Below are positions 17,721 to 27,056 of a stretch of DNA of 64,000 nt, in pieces. Below the pieces are notes generated by a model, which had not been told where the DNA came from, did not search any database, and was given only the letters and a program-made list of their open reading frames with translations. Every line of letters starts with the position of its first letter. The stretch's first letter is position 1. The position numbers were made by a program, and so were the translations under genes. The stretch is from Candidatus Latescibacterota bacterium (GTDB lineage Bacteria > Latescibacterota > UBA2968 > UBA8231). The DNA is taken from positions 4,672,001-4,736,000 of the forward strand of contig CBDETY010000003.1 of NCBI GenBank assembly GCA_965243025.1, read 5' to 3'.

Positions 17721-19100
17721 TCACTGAAAGCTGCGGCGGCTGAGCACCACGGGACCGCTGCCCTGAAGCTCGATTTCCTCGAAGCGGTGGCTGTCGACGA
17801 CGCGGCCCCCAGCATTGAGAAACTCCAGATCGAGGTCAACGGTTCCCGGCGGCAACCACAGACGCACCATCCAAATCGTTTTCGGCAAAGACAGCCAGCC
17901 GCGGGTGTCGGCCGCCTCGACCGAAGATCCGAGGAGGTTGAATACCGTCCCCAGGACCGAGCTCTCCTCTTCTATCTTCTTGACGGCCAGGTATTTGGCA
18001 AGGGCGCGGGCAACGGTTCGCAGCAGCACCGTCCCCTCCTTCTCGGCGAAACTCTCGATGGCGATGGCGTCCAGGTCCTCCATGAGCACTCCCTGAACCC
18101 TGTTGCCGGCCCCCGACAGCCTCACCCCGGCGACCTGCGAGCGCACCGGCTCGTACTCCGGCAGGGCGACGCGCAGCCAGTAGTCGACCTTGTGGTAGCG
18201 GGCGCGGGGGTGATGGTAGCGATGCACGGCCCTTTCCGAAACCTCCCAGACCTTCCCGTCATCCTCCTCGAGGATCGGAATCGAGATCTCGCGCTGCCGC
18301 TTGCGGGCGATGAACCCGCTTTCGGCGAACACGATGACCTCGACCCCCTGCGGCTGCGCCAGATCGCCGGGCTGCAGGTGAAAGCGCTCGCTGAACTCCT
18401 CGACGTCCTCCTCGTACCCCAGCGCCGCGGCCAGGCCGGTGATGTCCCGCTGCAGCGCGGTGGGGGTCTTCATCCCGAACGTCTCGCGGTAGGCGCCGTA
18501 CCCCTTGAGCGCGTCCTTGTACGAGATGTAGGCGTCGTTCCACTCCCCTTCCGCCTCGTACAGGAGACCGGTCAGGTACTGCAGGAAGGCGTCGTTCCGG
18601 TAGGTCAGCTCGTACTCGGCCTCGGCGGCGAAGTCCCGCAGCCTGAGATTGGCCTTGCGGCACTCGACCAGGGCGTTCTCCGTGTTTCCGAGGTACAGGC
18701 TGTTGAGGGCGCGGTAGTAGTGGATGAGGGCGCGCTCGTACTCCTCGCCGCTGTAGGCGCGGACCGCGTCGTTGGTCAGGAACGCTCCCACCTCCCGCAC
18801 CACCGAGCGGGTGAAATGCTTGTCGATCAGCCGTTCCGCCTTTTCGAACTGCCGGTCCGACGCTTCGTACTTCCCCTGGTAGTGGAGGATGAGTCCGCGC
18901 TCCAGCCGGTACAGGAGCATGTCGGTGTCCCCGGCCGGTTTGTTCAGCTTGTCCAGGGCCCCCTCGTAGTCGCCCCTTTCCAGCCGCTTCAGGGGGGACT
19001 TCATGAAGCCGGAATAGGCGGCGCCGCAACCGGTCTCGAGAAAGGCGGCGAGACAGATCGCGAGCGCGCAGAGGCGAGCGGTTCTCTTCTTCGGAATCAA
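17721..19100 (-). CDS. COG3014-like TPR lipoprotein
   Basis: Lipobox ETGC; LLYRLERG, Y.GEEYE..LIHYY.ALN.L, NALVECRK, EAADTRGW.SLP. TTG start inferred. Confidence 0.78.
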   Translation of the reverse strand: MIPKKRTARLCALAICLAAFLETGCGAAYSGFMKSPLKRLERGDYEGALDKLNKPAGDTDMLLYRLERGLILHYQGKYEASDRQFEKAERLIDKHFTRSVVREVGAFLTNDAVRAYSGEEYERALIHYYRALNSLYLGNTENALVECRKANLRLRDFAAEAEYELTYRNDAFLQYLTGLLYEAEGEWNDAYISYKDALKGYGAYRETFGMKTPTALQRDITGLAAALGYEEDVEEFSERFHLQPGDLAQPQGVEVIVFAESGFIARKRQREISIPILEEDDGKVWEVSERAVHRYHHPRARYHKVDYWLRVALPEYEPVRSQVAGVRLSGAGNRVQGVLMEDLDAIAIESFAEKEGTVLLRTVARALAKYLAVKKIEEESSVLGTVFNLLGSSVEAADTRGWLSLPKTIWMVRLWLPPGTVDLDLEFLNAGGRVVDSHRFEEIELQGSGPVVLSRRSFQ

Positions 19101-19312
19101 GGTTCGATCTTCACGGTCCCGAGGGGGGCCGGCCGTACCCGGTCGCTGCTCCAGTAGGATGCCCCTTCCCCGGCGGATGTTCCCGCAACCGGCCCGGTGG
19201 CGGCCCGGGAGGCGGGAGCCGCTTCCGTCCGGGGAGGCCATCCCCTGCTTGCAGGGGGTCATTGCGGCGCGTAACATTGCCGCTTTCCGCGGCAAGCGCA
19301 ATCAACCGGGCC

Positions 19313-20356
19313 ATGCCCCAGTCACCTCCCATCAACGCTGTCGTCGTCGGCTTCGGAGTCGCCGGACGGCAGTTCCACTGCTACCTGATCGGCCTCGTCC
19401 CGGAGCTCAACCTCTACGGCGTGGTCAGCCGCCGCCCCGAGGCGGACCCCGGGATCGGGAAGCTCGGCGCCCGCCGCTTCCCCCGTCTCGAGGAGGCCCT
19501 CGCCGACGAGCGGGTCGACCTCGTGGTGCTGGCGACCCCGAACGACCTGCACGCCCCGCAGGCGCTGGCCGCCCTGGCCGCCGGAAAGCACGTCGTCACC
19601 GACAAGCCGATGGCCCTCGATGCGGAAGAGGCGCAGAGCATGGCCGCGGCCGCCGGGCGCAGCGGCCGGCTCCTGACCTGCTTTCAGAACCGGCGCTGGG
19701 ACGGGGACTTCCTCACCGTGCGGAAAGCCCTCGCCGAGGGAGCTGTCGGCGAGCTGGTCTCCCTCGAAACCTCCTGGAACGACCCGAGGAAACCCCGCAC
19801 CTGGCGCAGCGAGGCCGCCCGCGGGGGCGGCCGCTGGATCGACCTCGGCTCCCATCTCGTCGACCAGGCCCTGCTGCTGGCCGGCGCCCCGGTCGAGCGG
19901 GTGTACGCCCAGTTCCGCACGGGGGTCCACGACAACGACGTCGAGGATCACGCCATCTGCCTGCTGACCTTCGCCAACGGCGTGCTGGCGCAGGTTACCA
20001 CCTCCTCGGTCGCCCGGGTGCCGAAACGGCGCTGGTTCCTCGCCGGCACCTCCGGCACCCTCATCCAGCGCGGCTTCGACCCCCAGGAAGAGGCGATGAA
20101 GGCCGGCGACATCGACGCCGCCCGCCCCTCGCCCCGGGACGGGGCCAGCCTCTTCCGCGACTGCGGCGGCGAGACCCGGCAGACCGCGGTCGAGCCGGTT
20201 CCCGGCCGCTGGCGCAGCTACTACGAGAACGTCGCGGCGGCCCTGCTCGGCCGGGAGGAACCCGCGGTCACCTGCGAAAGCGTCTGCGAAGTGGTGCGCG
20301 TCCTCGAAGCCGCGGCGGAATCCGCGGCCCGGGGGGAAGCGGTCACCCTTTCCTAG
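19313..20356 (+). CDS. Gfo/Idh/MocA oxidoreductase (YdgJ/IolW-like)
   Basis: VVGFGVAG..FH, LATPNDLH, GKHVVTDKP, FQNRRWDGDFLTV, DLGSHLVDQ. Confidence 0.9.
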   Translation: MPQSPPINAVVVGFGVAGRQFHCYLIGLVPELNLYGVVSRRPEADPGIGKLGARRFPRLEEALADERVDLVVLATPNDLHAPQALAALAAGKHVVTDKPMALDAEEAQSMAAAAGRSGRLLTCFQNRRWDGDFLTVRKALAEGAVGELVSLETSWNDPRKPRTWRSEAARGGGRWIDLGSHLVDQALLLAGAPVERVYAQFRTGVHDNDVEDHAICLLTFANGVLAQVTTSSVARVPKRRWFLAGTSGTLIQRGFDPQEEAMKAGDIDAARPSPRDGASLFRDCGGETRQTAVEPVPGRWRSYYENVAAALLGREEPAVTCESVCEVVRVLEAAAESAARGEAVTLS

Positions 20357-20489
20357 TGTCCCGTCGCAGAAATATCTCGACACCGGGATGCCGATCCATC
20401 CCGGCTCGCGGCGTTGCCTTCGCTCGCCGTACACCCTCGGTACGACTCGCTCAGGCGCCTTGTGAGCCGGGCGCCTCGGCATCCCGATT

Positions 20490-21089
20490 TTGTCAATCTA
20501 TCTCTGCGACGGGACAATAGAGGCCGGGTTGCGGCGCCGGGAGGACGGCTGGGAAGAGACGCGGTTCGAGGTCCGCAGCCGCGACTCGCCGCTGCCGCTG
20601 GAGGAGTACCGGCGGCTGCCGAAGTTCCCGGTCACCCTCGTCCTCGACAACCTGCGCAGCGCCTTCAACGTCGGCTCGATCTTCCGCACCGCCGACACCG
20701 CCCGCATCGAGCGCGTCATCACCTGCGGCTACACCGCCCACCCGCCTCACCCGAGGCTGGAGAAAACCGCCCTGGGCACCCTCGGCTACGTCGAGACGTC
20801 GCACCGCGGCTCGGCGCTGCTCGCCGTCGAGGAGCTGCGGCGGGCGGGAACCCCGGTCTGGGCCCTCGAGACGACGTCGCGGAGCCGGACCCACACCTCG
20901 GTGCACTACCCCCGGCCGGTCGCCCTGGTCCTCGGCAACGAGGCCCTCGGCGTCGGCGACGAGGTGCTGCGCGCCTGCGACGAGCTCGTCGAGATACCGG
21001 TCTTCGGCTTCAAGAACTCCCTCAACGTCGCCAGCGCCTGCGCGGTGGTGCTGTTCGAGATCCTGAGACAGTGGGAGGAGCTTTCCTGA
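20490..21089 (+). CDS. SpoU/TrmH-family RNA methyltransferase
   Basis: VLDNLRSAFNVGSIFRTAD, LVLGNEALGV, EIPVFG.KNSLNVA. Confidence 0.92.
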   Translation: MSIYLCDGTIEAGLRRREDGWEETRFEVRSRDSPLPLEEYRRLPKFPVTLVLDNLRSAFNVGSIFRTADTARIERVITCGYTAHPPHPRLEKTALGTLGYVETSHRGSALLAVEELRRAGTPVWALETTSRSRTHTSVHYPRPVALVLGNEALGVGDEVLRACDELVEIPVFGFKNSLNVASACAVVLFEILRQWEELS

Positions 21090-21116
21090 ACCCGGGGCCG
21101 CACGGCCGGATACCGA

Positions 21117-22358
21117 CTACCGCGGCAGGCGGTACGGGTTGCCCTCGTAGCCCGCGGCCAGTTCGTGGCTGTTCCCGTGCGCGGGCAGCTCGCGGACACG
21201 GGCGTAGCGCGCCAGCGCCTCCTCGCGGCGCCCGAGAGCGTCGAGAGCCATGCCGAGGAAGAGGTTGGACAGGGCCACGTAGCCGCCGGTTTCCTGGTCC
21301 CCGGGGCGCTCGCCCAAACCGCGGCTGAGGCTGTCGGCCGCGGTCAGGGGCGGTACCACCTCCGCTGGCCGGTTGCGGATGAAGGCGAAATTTCCCTGGT
21401 AGTAGAGGGCCTCGATATGGGCGCGCCGGTGGTACCCCCTCGCCCCCGCCTCGCAGCGTTCGACGACCTCGCGGTACAGGGGCAGGGCGCGGTCCCAACG
21501 GTTGAGGGAGGCGTAGGTCCTGGCAGTGTAGCGATGAAAGATCGAGTTGGGCGGGTAGCGTGAGCGCAGCTCCTCGAGATAAGGCAGGGCCTTGGCGTAG
21601 TCCTCCTCGAAAAGGCGGTAGATCTGCGCCAGAAAGTACTTCGCCTCCGCCTTTGCGTAGCGACCTTCAGCGGCGACTTCCCGCAGCTGCCGCAGTCCGG
21701 TCTCGCGGTCTCCGTCCTTCAGCATCCAGATGACGGCGCGGACGATCGGGTACTTCTGCGGGATCACATCGCGGAAGTAGTTGTAGATCCCCTGTCCGAA
21801 CAGGATGTCCTTGTTGGCCGGCTCCATTTTGCGGCTGCGCTCGAGCAGCGGCAGGCTGCGCAGCCCGTCCTGCGCCGCCCGCAGCATCTGCCGCCGGTCG
21901 CCGCGCAGGCGCCCGCGAAAGCCGATGGACCCTCCCTTGAAGAGGATGGCGTCGAAATCGTCGGGGTCGATGCGCAGGCGCGCGTCGCAGATCTCGATGC
22001 ACTCGCCGATGCGCCGGTAGAACGCCTCGTCGTGCGAGGTGTCGTCGAGGTCGATCAACACCCGCCACCAGGCCACCATCGCCCGGAAGAAGTAGCCGAG
22101 GGGGTTGTCGGGGTACGAGGCGACGAGGTCGTCGAAGTAGCGGTCCGCTTCCTCGAAGCGGAGATTGTATATGAGATCGACGCCGCGCTGCACGCGCTCG
22201 TCGTACACCCGCATGGTCAGCGTCGGCGGCGGCTCTGCCGGGGCGGCCGCCGGAGGGACCAGCAGCAGGGCTGCTGCCGCCATGCAGAAAGCGAACCGGG
22301 CAAGTGGCATGCGGTCCGGTTTCGGGGGATTGCGGCGAGTCGTTCCGAGTCGGTTCAT
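21117..22358 (-). CDS. Exported tetratricopeptide-repeat protein
   Basis: Signal peptide followed by helical TPR-like repeats (YNLRFEEA, GIYNY, GDRETGLRQL, EAKYFLAQIY). Exact start uncertain. Confidence 0.75.
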   Translation of the reverse strand: MNRLGTTRRNPPKPDRMPLARFAFCMAAAALLLVPPAAAPAEPPPTLTMRVYDERVQRGVDLIYNLRFEEADRYFDDLVASYPDNPLGYFFRAMVAWWRVLIDLDDTSHDEAFYRRIGECIEICDARLRIDPDDFDAILFKGGSIGFRGRLRGDRRQMLRAAQDGLRSLPLLERSRKMEPANKDILFGQGIYNYFRDVIPQKYPIVRAVIWMLKDGDRETGLRQLREVAAEGRYAKAEAKYFLAQIYRLFEEDYAKALPYLEELRSRYPPNSIFHRYTARTYASLNRWDRALPLYREVVERCEAGARGYHRRAHIEALYYQGNFAFIRNRPAEVVPPLTAADSLSRGLGERPGDQETGGYVALSNLFLGMALDALGRREEALARYARVRELPAHGNSHELAAGYEGNPYRLPR

Positions 22359-22422
22359 GGTGCTCCGGCAATTATAACTTCATTATCAGCTTCCCGAACT
22401 TTCATCACACCGAACGGCAGAC

Positions 22423-23802
22423 ATGTCTGAACGAACCCACGACGTAATCGTCATCGGCGGCGGCTCCGCCGGATACGCGGCCGCCGCCGCCGCCCGGGAC
22501 GGCGGCGCCGACGTCGCCATCGTCGATCACGGCCCTCTCGGCGGCCTCTGCATCCTGCGCGGCTGCATGCCGAGCAAGACCATCCTGCGCTCTTCCGACA
22601 TCATGGCGCTGATGCGCAGGGCGCCGGAGTTCGGCCTGCTGCCTGTCGAAGCCGGCGCCGACCTGGCGGCGATCATCGGCCGCAAGGAGCGCCTCGTCCG
22701 CTCCTTCGCCGACTACCGCATCGAGCAGCTGCGCAGCCCGGGATTCACCCTTTACGAGGAACGCGCCGTTTTCGAGGACCCCCACCGCCTGCGGGCCGGG
22801 GAAAACGTCCTCGAGGCGGCCAGCTTCATCGTCGCCACCGGCTCGGTAGCGACCCGGCCGGCGATTCCCGGGCTCGACGAGGCCGGCTGCCTGACCAGTG
22901 ACGAGCTGCTCGAGCTGCGCGAGCAGCCCGAATCCCTGCTCGTTCTCGGAGGAGGGCCGGTGGCGGTCGAGCTGGCGCAGTTCTTCCAGCGCATCGGCAC
23001 CGAGGTCACCCTGCTGCAGCGCAGCGGCCACATCCTGTCGAAGGGGGACGAGGACCTGGCGCGGCCGGTCGAGGAGGCCTTCCGCGAGGACGGAATGCGG
23101 CTGTTCACCGGCACGCAGCTGCACCGCTTCAGCGCGGATGGAAAGGCGGTAACCGCCCACTTCTCCCACGAGGGGGAGGAGCGCACCGCCTCCGCGCAGC
23201 TGGTGTTTCAGGCCCTGGGGCGGCGGCCCAACACCGACGGCCTCGGGCTCGGGGCCGCCGGGGTCGAGAGCGGCCGCGCCATAACCGTCGACGAGGAGAT
23301 GCGCACCAGCCAGCCGCACATCTTCGCGGTCGGGGACGTCAACGGCGAGCACGAAATCGTCCATATCGCCGTTCAGCAGGGGGAGATCGCCGGCCACAAC
23401 GCGGTCTGCGGCCAGCGCCCGGCGAAGCGCATGGATTCGCGGCTGAGCGCCCAGGTCGTCTTCACCGATCCGGCGGTCGCCGGCGTCGGCCGCTCGGAAA
23501 AGGAGTGCCGCGCCGAAGGGATCCCCCACCTCACCGCCTCCTACCCGTTCGACGACCACGGCAAGTCGATGACCATGGGGGCGACCCACGGTCACGTGAA
23601 GCTGATCTGCGACCCCGACAGCGGCGAGCTGCTCGGCGGCCACATCGTCGGCCCCGAGGCCGGGGAGCTGATCCACGAGCTGATCGCGGTGATGTACTTC
23701 CGCGGCACCGTCGGCGACCTCGCGAACATCCCCCACTATCACCCGACGCTGGCCGAGATCGTCACCTACCCGGCCGAAGAACTGGCGGAGAAGCTGCCGT
23801 GA
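22423..23802 (+). CDS. Pyridine nucleotide-disulfide oxidoreductase, class I (dihydrolipoamide dehydrogenase-like)
   Basis: IGGGSAG, redox-active GGLCILRGCMPSK, GGGPVAVE, TSQPHIFAVGD, HPTLAE; lacks the MerA C-terminal Cys pair. Confidence 0.9.
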   Translation: MSERTHDVIVIGGGSAGYAAAAAARDGGADVAIVDHGPLGGLCILRGCMPSKTILRSSDIMALMRRAPEFGLLPVEAGADLAAIIGRKERLVRSFADYRIEQLRSPGFTLYEERAVFEDPHRLRAGENVLEAASFIVATGSVATRPAIPGLDEAGCLTSDELLELREQPESLLVLGGGPVAVELAQFFQRIGTEVTLLQRSGHILSKGDEDLARPVEEAFREDGMRLFTGTQLHRFSADGKAVTAHFSHEGEERTASAQLVFQALGRRPNTDGLGLGAAGVESGRAITVDEEMRTSQPHIFAVGDVNGEHEIVHIAVQQGEIAGHNAVCGQRPAKRMDSRLSAQVVFTDPAVAGVGRSEKECRAEGIPHLTASYPFDDHGKSMTMGATHGHVKLICDPDSGELLGGHIVGPEAGELIHELIAVMYFRGTVGDLANIPHYHPTLAEIVTYPAEELAEKLP

Positions 23803-24611
23803 ACCCGCCCGACGTCTTCAACAACCCCCTACGCTCCTGGACGGAACGCCACCTCGGGCTGCCCCTGGCCGCCCTGGGGGGCGACCCGGTTCCGGTGGTG
23901 GAAATCGAACCGGGGGCCGTCTGCGGCCCCCTGGTGGCGCTCAAGCTCGAGGGCCGCTGCGCCGTGGCCTCCCGGGCCGACTGGATGGAGGAGCTGCGCT
24001 CACTCGCCGCCCGCCTGCCGATGGAGATGATCTTCTCCCCCTTCGGCTGCGCCGAGCTCGCGCGGATCACCCTGCCGCACGGCTACGGCATCTGGGGGCC
24101 GACGTGGTACCTGTTCGGGGACGAATCCTCGGTGGGGCCGGGCGGGGACGATCGCCCCAGCCGCTTCACCCCGGACGACATGCGGGGCATCGACTACGAC
24201 CTCTTCTGGCACTGCGCCCCCGAGGCGGTCGCCGGCTTCGGCATCGCCGAGGAAGGCCGGCTCACCGCCCTGGCCGTGGTCACCGGCCGCGGCGATCCGG
24301 TCTGGGAGATCGGCATGGACGTGATCCCCGAAGCCAAGGGACGCGGCCTCGGCCGCGCCGTCGTCGCCGCCGCCGCCCACTGGATCCTCGGAATGGGCGG
24401 CATTCCCATGGCCACGGTGGGGCCGTTCAACGTGCCCTCGGTGCGGACCCTGCGGGCCGTCGGCCTGCGCTATGCGTTCACGACCTCCGTGGCGATGGAG
24501 GGCCCGTTCAAAATCCCGCCGCAGATGCTCGGCTCGCCGCTGCCGGACGCCGAGGTGTACGACTACTACCCGCGCTGGGCGATGAACCGGAAGATCAGGC
24601 CGAGGCCATAG
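23799..24611 (+). CDS. GNAT-family N-acetyltransferase
   Basis: WEIGMDVIPEAKGRGLGRAVV acetyl-CoA motif and NVPSVRT...VG; GTG start overlaps the upstream stop. Confidence 0.8.
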   Translation: MNPPDVFNNPLRSWTERHLGLPLAALGGDPVPVVEIEPGAVCGPLVALKLEGRCAVASRADWMEELRSLAARLPMEMIFSPFGCAELARITLPHGYGIWGPTWYLFGDESSVGPGGDDRPSRFTPDDMRGIDYDLFWHCAPEAVAGFGIAEEGRLTALAVVTGRGDPVWEIGMDVIPEAKGRGLGRAVVAAAAHWILGMGGIPMATVGPFNVPSVRTLRAVGLRYAFTTSVAMEGPFKIPPQMLGSPLPDAEVYDYYPRWAMNRKIRPRP

Positions 24612-24937
24612 TCCAGCCTGGGGGTGTCCCGTCGAATGACCGTCTCCCCTGACCGGGTGTGGGAAACCATCCATGCACCCCTGTCCGGACAGGGAGCATT
24701 GCCATCGCCCTCCCGCTGCAGCCGTTTTTCTTGCTCATGTTTTCCCGACCCCTGTTCTTGACAACCGGAAGGGAAGCGAGATCACCGTCCGCGCCCGGGG
24801 TTTCCAGAGCGCCGAATCGAGGAGTTGAGCCTCCCGGTCGGGCGCCGCAAGCTCAGCCACCGGGAAGGGCCGGGTGACACGGCACGCATCTCGCCCGGGC
24901 GGAATCGGGAACGCGTCGAGATACAGGTGGGAACATC

Positions 24938-26287
24938 ATGCCTGCGAATAACAGGATCTTCCCCGGGGAGCGCGCCGGGCCCTTCGAATCCCCTGGCAGC
25001 ACCCGTCCCGGCGGGGGCCTCGGCATGGACCGCAGAATCGAGAAGCGGCGCTTCACGACGCGGCGGGTCGCCCTCGGCGCCTCGCTTCTGCTGCTGGCGG
25101 GGCTGTGCGGTTACGCCCTGCTCGCCGATTTCGGTGTGCGCAGGCTGAACGTCCAGCGCGAACGGCTGACCCTGTCGGCGGTCGAGTCGGGGCCTTTCAA
25201 GGAATACATCCCGGTGCGCGGCACCGTGCTGCCGCTGCACACCGTGTACCTCGACGCCCTGGAGAGCGGCCAGGTGGTGCAGGTGTTCGTCGAAGAAGGG
25301 GCCCTGGTGGTGGAGGGCGATCCGCTGCTGCGCCTCGCCAACCCCGACCTCGAGCTGACCACCCTGCAGCAGGAAGCAGAGCAGGAGCGCAGCAGGGAGG
25401 CGCTGCTCAACGGCCGCCTGACCATGGAGCAGAACCTGCTGGCCTCGCGCAAGGCGCTGATGGAGATCGAGTACCGGCTCGCCGTCGACAAGCGCAACTT
25501 CGAGCGCTACCGGGACCTTCCCGCCGAGGATCTGGCCGCCATCATGTCGCGCCAGGAATACGAGCGCCTGCGCGACGAGTACGAGTACAGCGCCCGCCGC
25601 ATGGCCCTGACCCGGGAGACCCTCACCCAGGACTCGCTGCTGGCGGCGAGCAGGGTGGCGCAGCTGGTCTCCGCCGTCGAGCGCACCGAGCGCGATCTCG
25701 CGATCGTCCGGAGACAGCTGGACAACCTGACCGTGCGGGCCCCCGCGGCCGGGCAGCTGACCACGCTCGAGGCGGAGATCGGAGAGAGCAAGGAGGCCGG
25801 GGTGCGCCTGGGACAGATCGACATGACCGAGGGCTTCAAGGTGCGGGCAACCATCGACGAGCATTACATCGGCCGCGTCGGCCGCGGGCAGCGGGGCAGC
25901 TTCGACAGCGGCGGCGAGACCTACGGCCTGTCGATCCGCAAGGTCTACCCCGAGGTCAGGGAGGGCGGTTTCGAGGTCGACCTCCTGTTCGAGGGGGAAG
26001 CGCCCGGGGGGATCCGCCGCGGCCAGACCCTGCTCGTGCGCCTGGAGCTGGGCAACCTCGAGGAGGCGGTGCAGGTGGCGCGCGGCGGGTTCTACCAGTC
26101 GACCGGGGGCCACTGGGCCTACGTGCTCGACGCCTCCGGCGATCGGGCGGCGCGGCGCTCCATCAGGCTCGGGCGCCAGAACCCCCGGGTCTACGAGGTG
26201 CTGGAGGGACTCGAGCCCGGGGAACGGGTGATCACCTCGAGCTACGAGAGCTTCGGGGAAAACATCGACGTGCTGGTGCTGCGGTAA
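24938..26287 (+). CDS. Efflux transporter periplasmic adaptor (membrane-fusion protein)
   Basis: GMDRRIEK, N-terminal TM, barrel-sandwich G.V....VEEG..V..GD.L, coiled coil, EVLEGLEPGERVITSSY. Confidence 0.88.
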   Translation: MPANNRIFPGERAGPFESPGSTRPGGGLGMDRRIEKRRFTTRRVALGASLLLLAGLCGYALLADFGVRRLNVQRERLTLSAVESGPFKEYIPVRGTVLPLHTVYLDALESGQVVQVFVEEGALVVEGDPLLRLANPDLELTTLQQEAEQERSREALLNGRLTMEQNLLASRKALMEIEYRLAVDKRNFERYRDLPAEDLAAIMSRQEYERLRDEYEYSARRMALTRETLTQDSLLAASRVAQLVSAVERTERDLAIVRRQLDNLTVRAPAAGQLTTLEAEIGESKEAGVRLGQIDMTEGFKVRATIDEHYIGRVGRGQRGSFDSGGETYGLSIRKVYPEVREGGFEVDLLFEGEAPGGIRRGQTLLVRLELGNLEEAVQVARGGFYQSTGGHWAYVLDASGDRAARRSIRLGRQNPRVYEVLEGLEPGERVITSSYESFGENIDVLVLR

Positions 26288-26312
26288 GCGCACACTGAAG
26301 GAGAAGAGCAAG

Positions 26313-27056
26313 ATGGCCGAACACGCGGCGCACACCGGAAACGGCAAGGCAACGCTGATCCGCACCGTGGGGCTGCGCAAGGTCTACACCACCGAGGAGG
26401 TGGAGACGACCGCCCTCGACAACGTCAACCTCGAGATCGCCGACGGGGAGTTCGCCGCCGTCATGGGGCCGTCCGGCTGCGGCAAGTCGACGCTGCTCAA
26501 CCTGCTCGGCCTGCTCGACAACCCGACAGGAGGGGAGTACTGGCTGCTGGAGGAAGAGGTCTCGACCTACTCCGAGCGCCTGCGGGCAAACCTGCGCAAG
26601 GGGACGATCGGCTTCGTCTTCCAGTCCTACAACCTGATCAACGAGCTGACCGTCCACGAGAACGTCGAGCTGCCCCTGCTCTACATGGGCCTGCCGGGCC
26701 GGGAGCGCCGGGAGCGGGTGAGGTCGATCCTCGACCGGATGCAGATCACCCACCGCGGCAAGCACTTTCCGCAGCAGCTGTCGGGGGGGCAGCAGCAGCG
26801 GGTGGCGGTGGCGAGGGCGCTGGTCTCGGAGCCGAAGCTGGTGCTCGCCGACGAGCCGACGGGCAACCTCGACTCGCGCCACGGCGACGAGGTCATGGAG
26901 ATGCTCACCGGGATCAACCGGTACGGCACCACCGTGGTGATGGTGACCCACTCACCTGCCTACGCCGACTTCGCCCACCGGGTCATCCACCTGTTCGACG
27001 GCCGCATCGCGACCGGGAACACCGCCGGGGGGCAGCCTTGCTCAGACACCACCTGA
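26313..27056 (+). CDS. ABC transporter ATP-binding protein (MacB/LolD-like)
   Basis: Walker A GPSGCGKST, signature LSGGQQQRVA, LADEPTGNLD, VTH. Confidence 0.95.
   Translation: MAEHAAHTGNGKATLIRTVGLRKVYTTEEVETTALDNVNLEIADGEFAAVMGPSGCGKSTLLNLLGLLDNPTGGEYWLLEEEVSTYSERLRANLRKGTIGFVFQSYNLINELTVHENVELPLLYMGLPGRERRERVRSILDRMQITHRGKHFPQQLSGGQQQRVAVARALVSEPKLVLADEPTGNLDSRHGDEVMEMLTGINRYGTTVVMVTHSPAYADFAHRVIHLFDGRIATGNTAGGQPCSDTT

Noticed and set aside
22423-23802. Mercuric reductase (merA) call
   Set aside because: No C-terminal Cys-Cys pair or NmerA domain, the HPT motif is present, and no mer genes are nearby.
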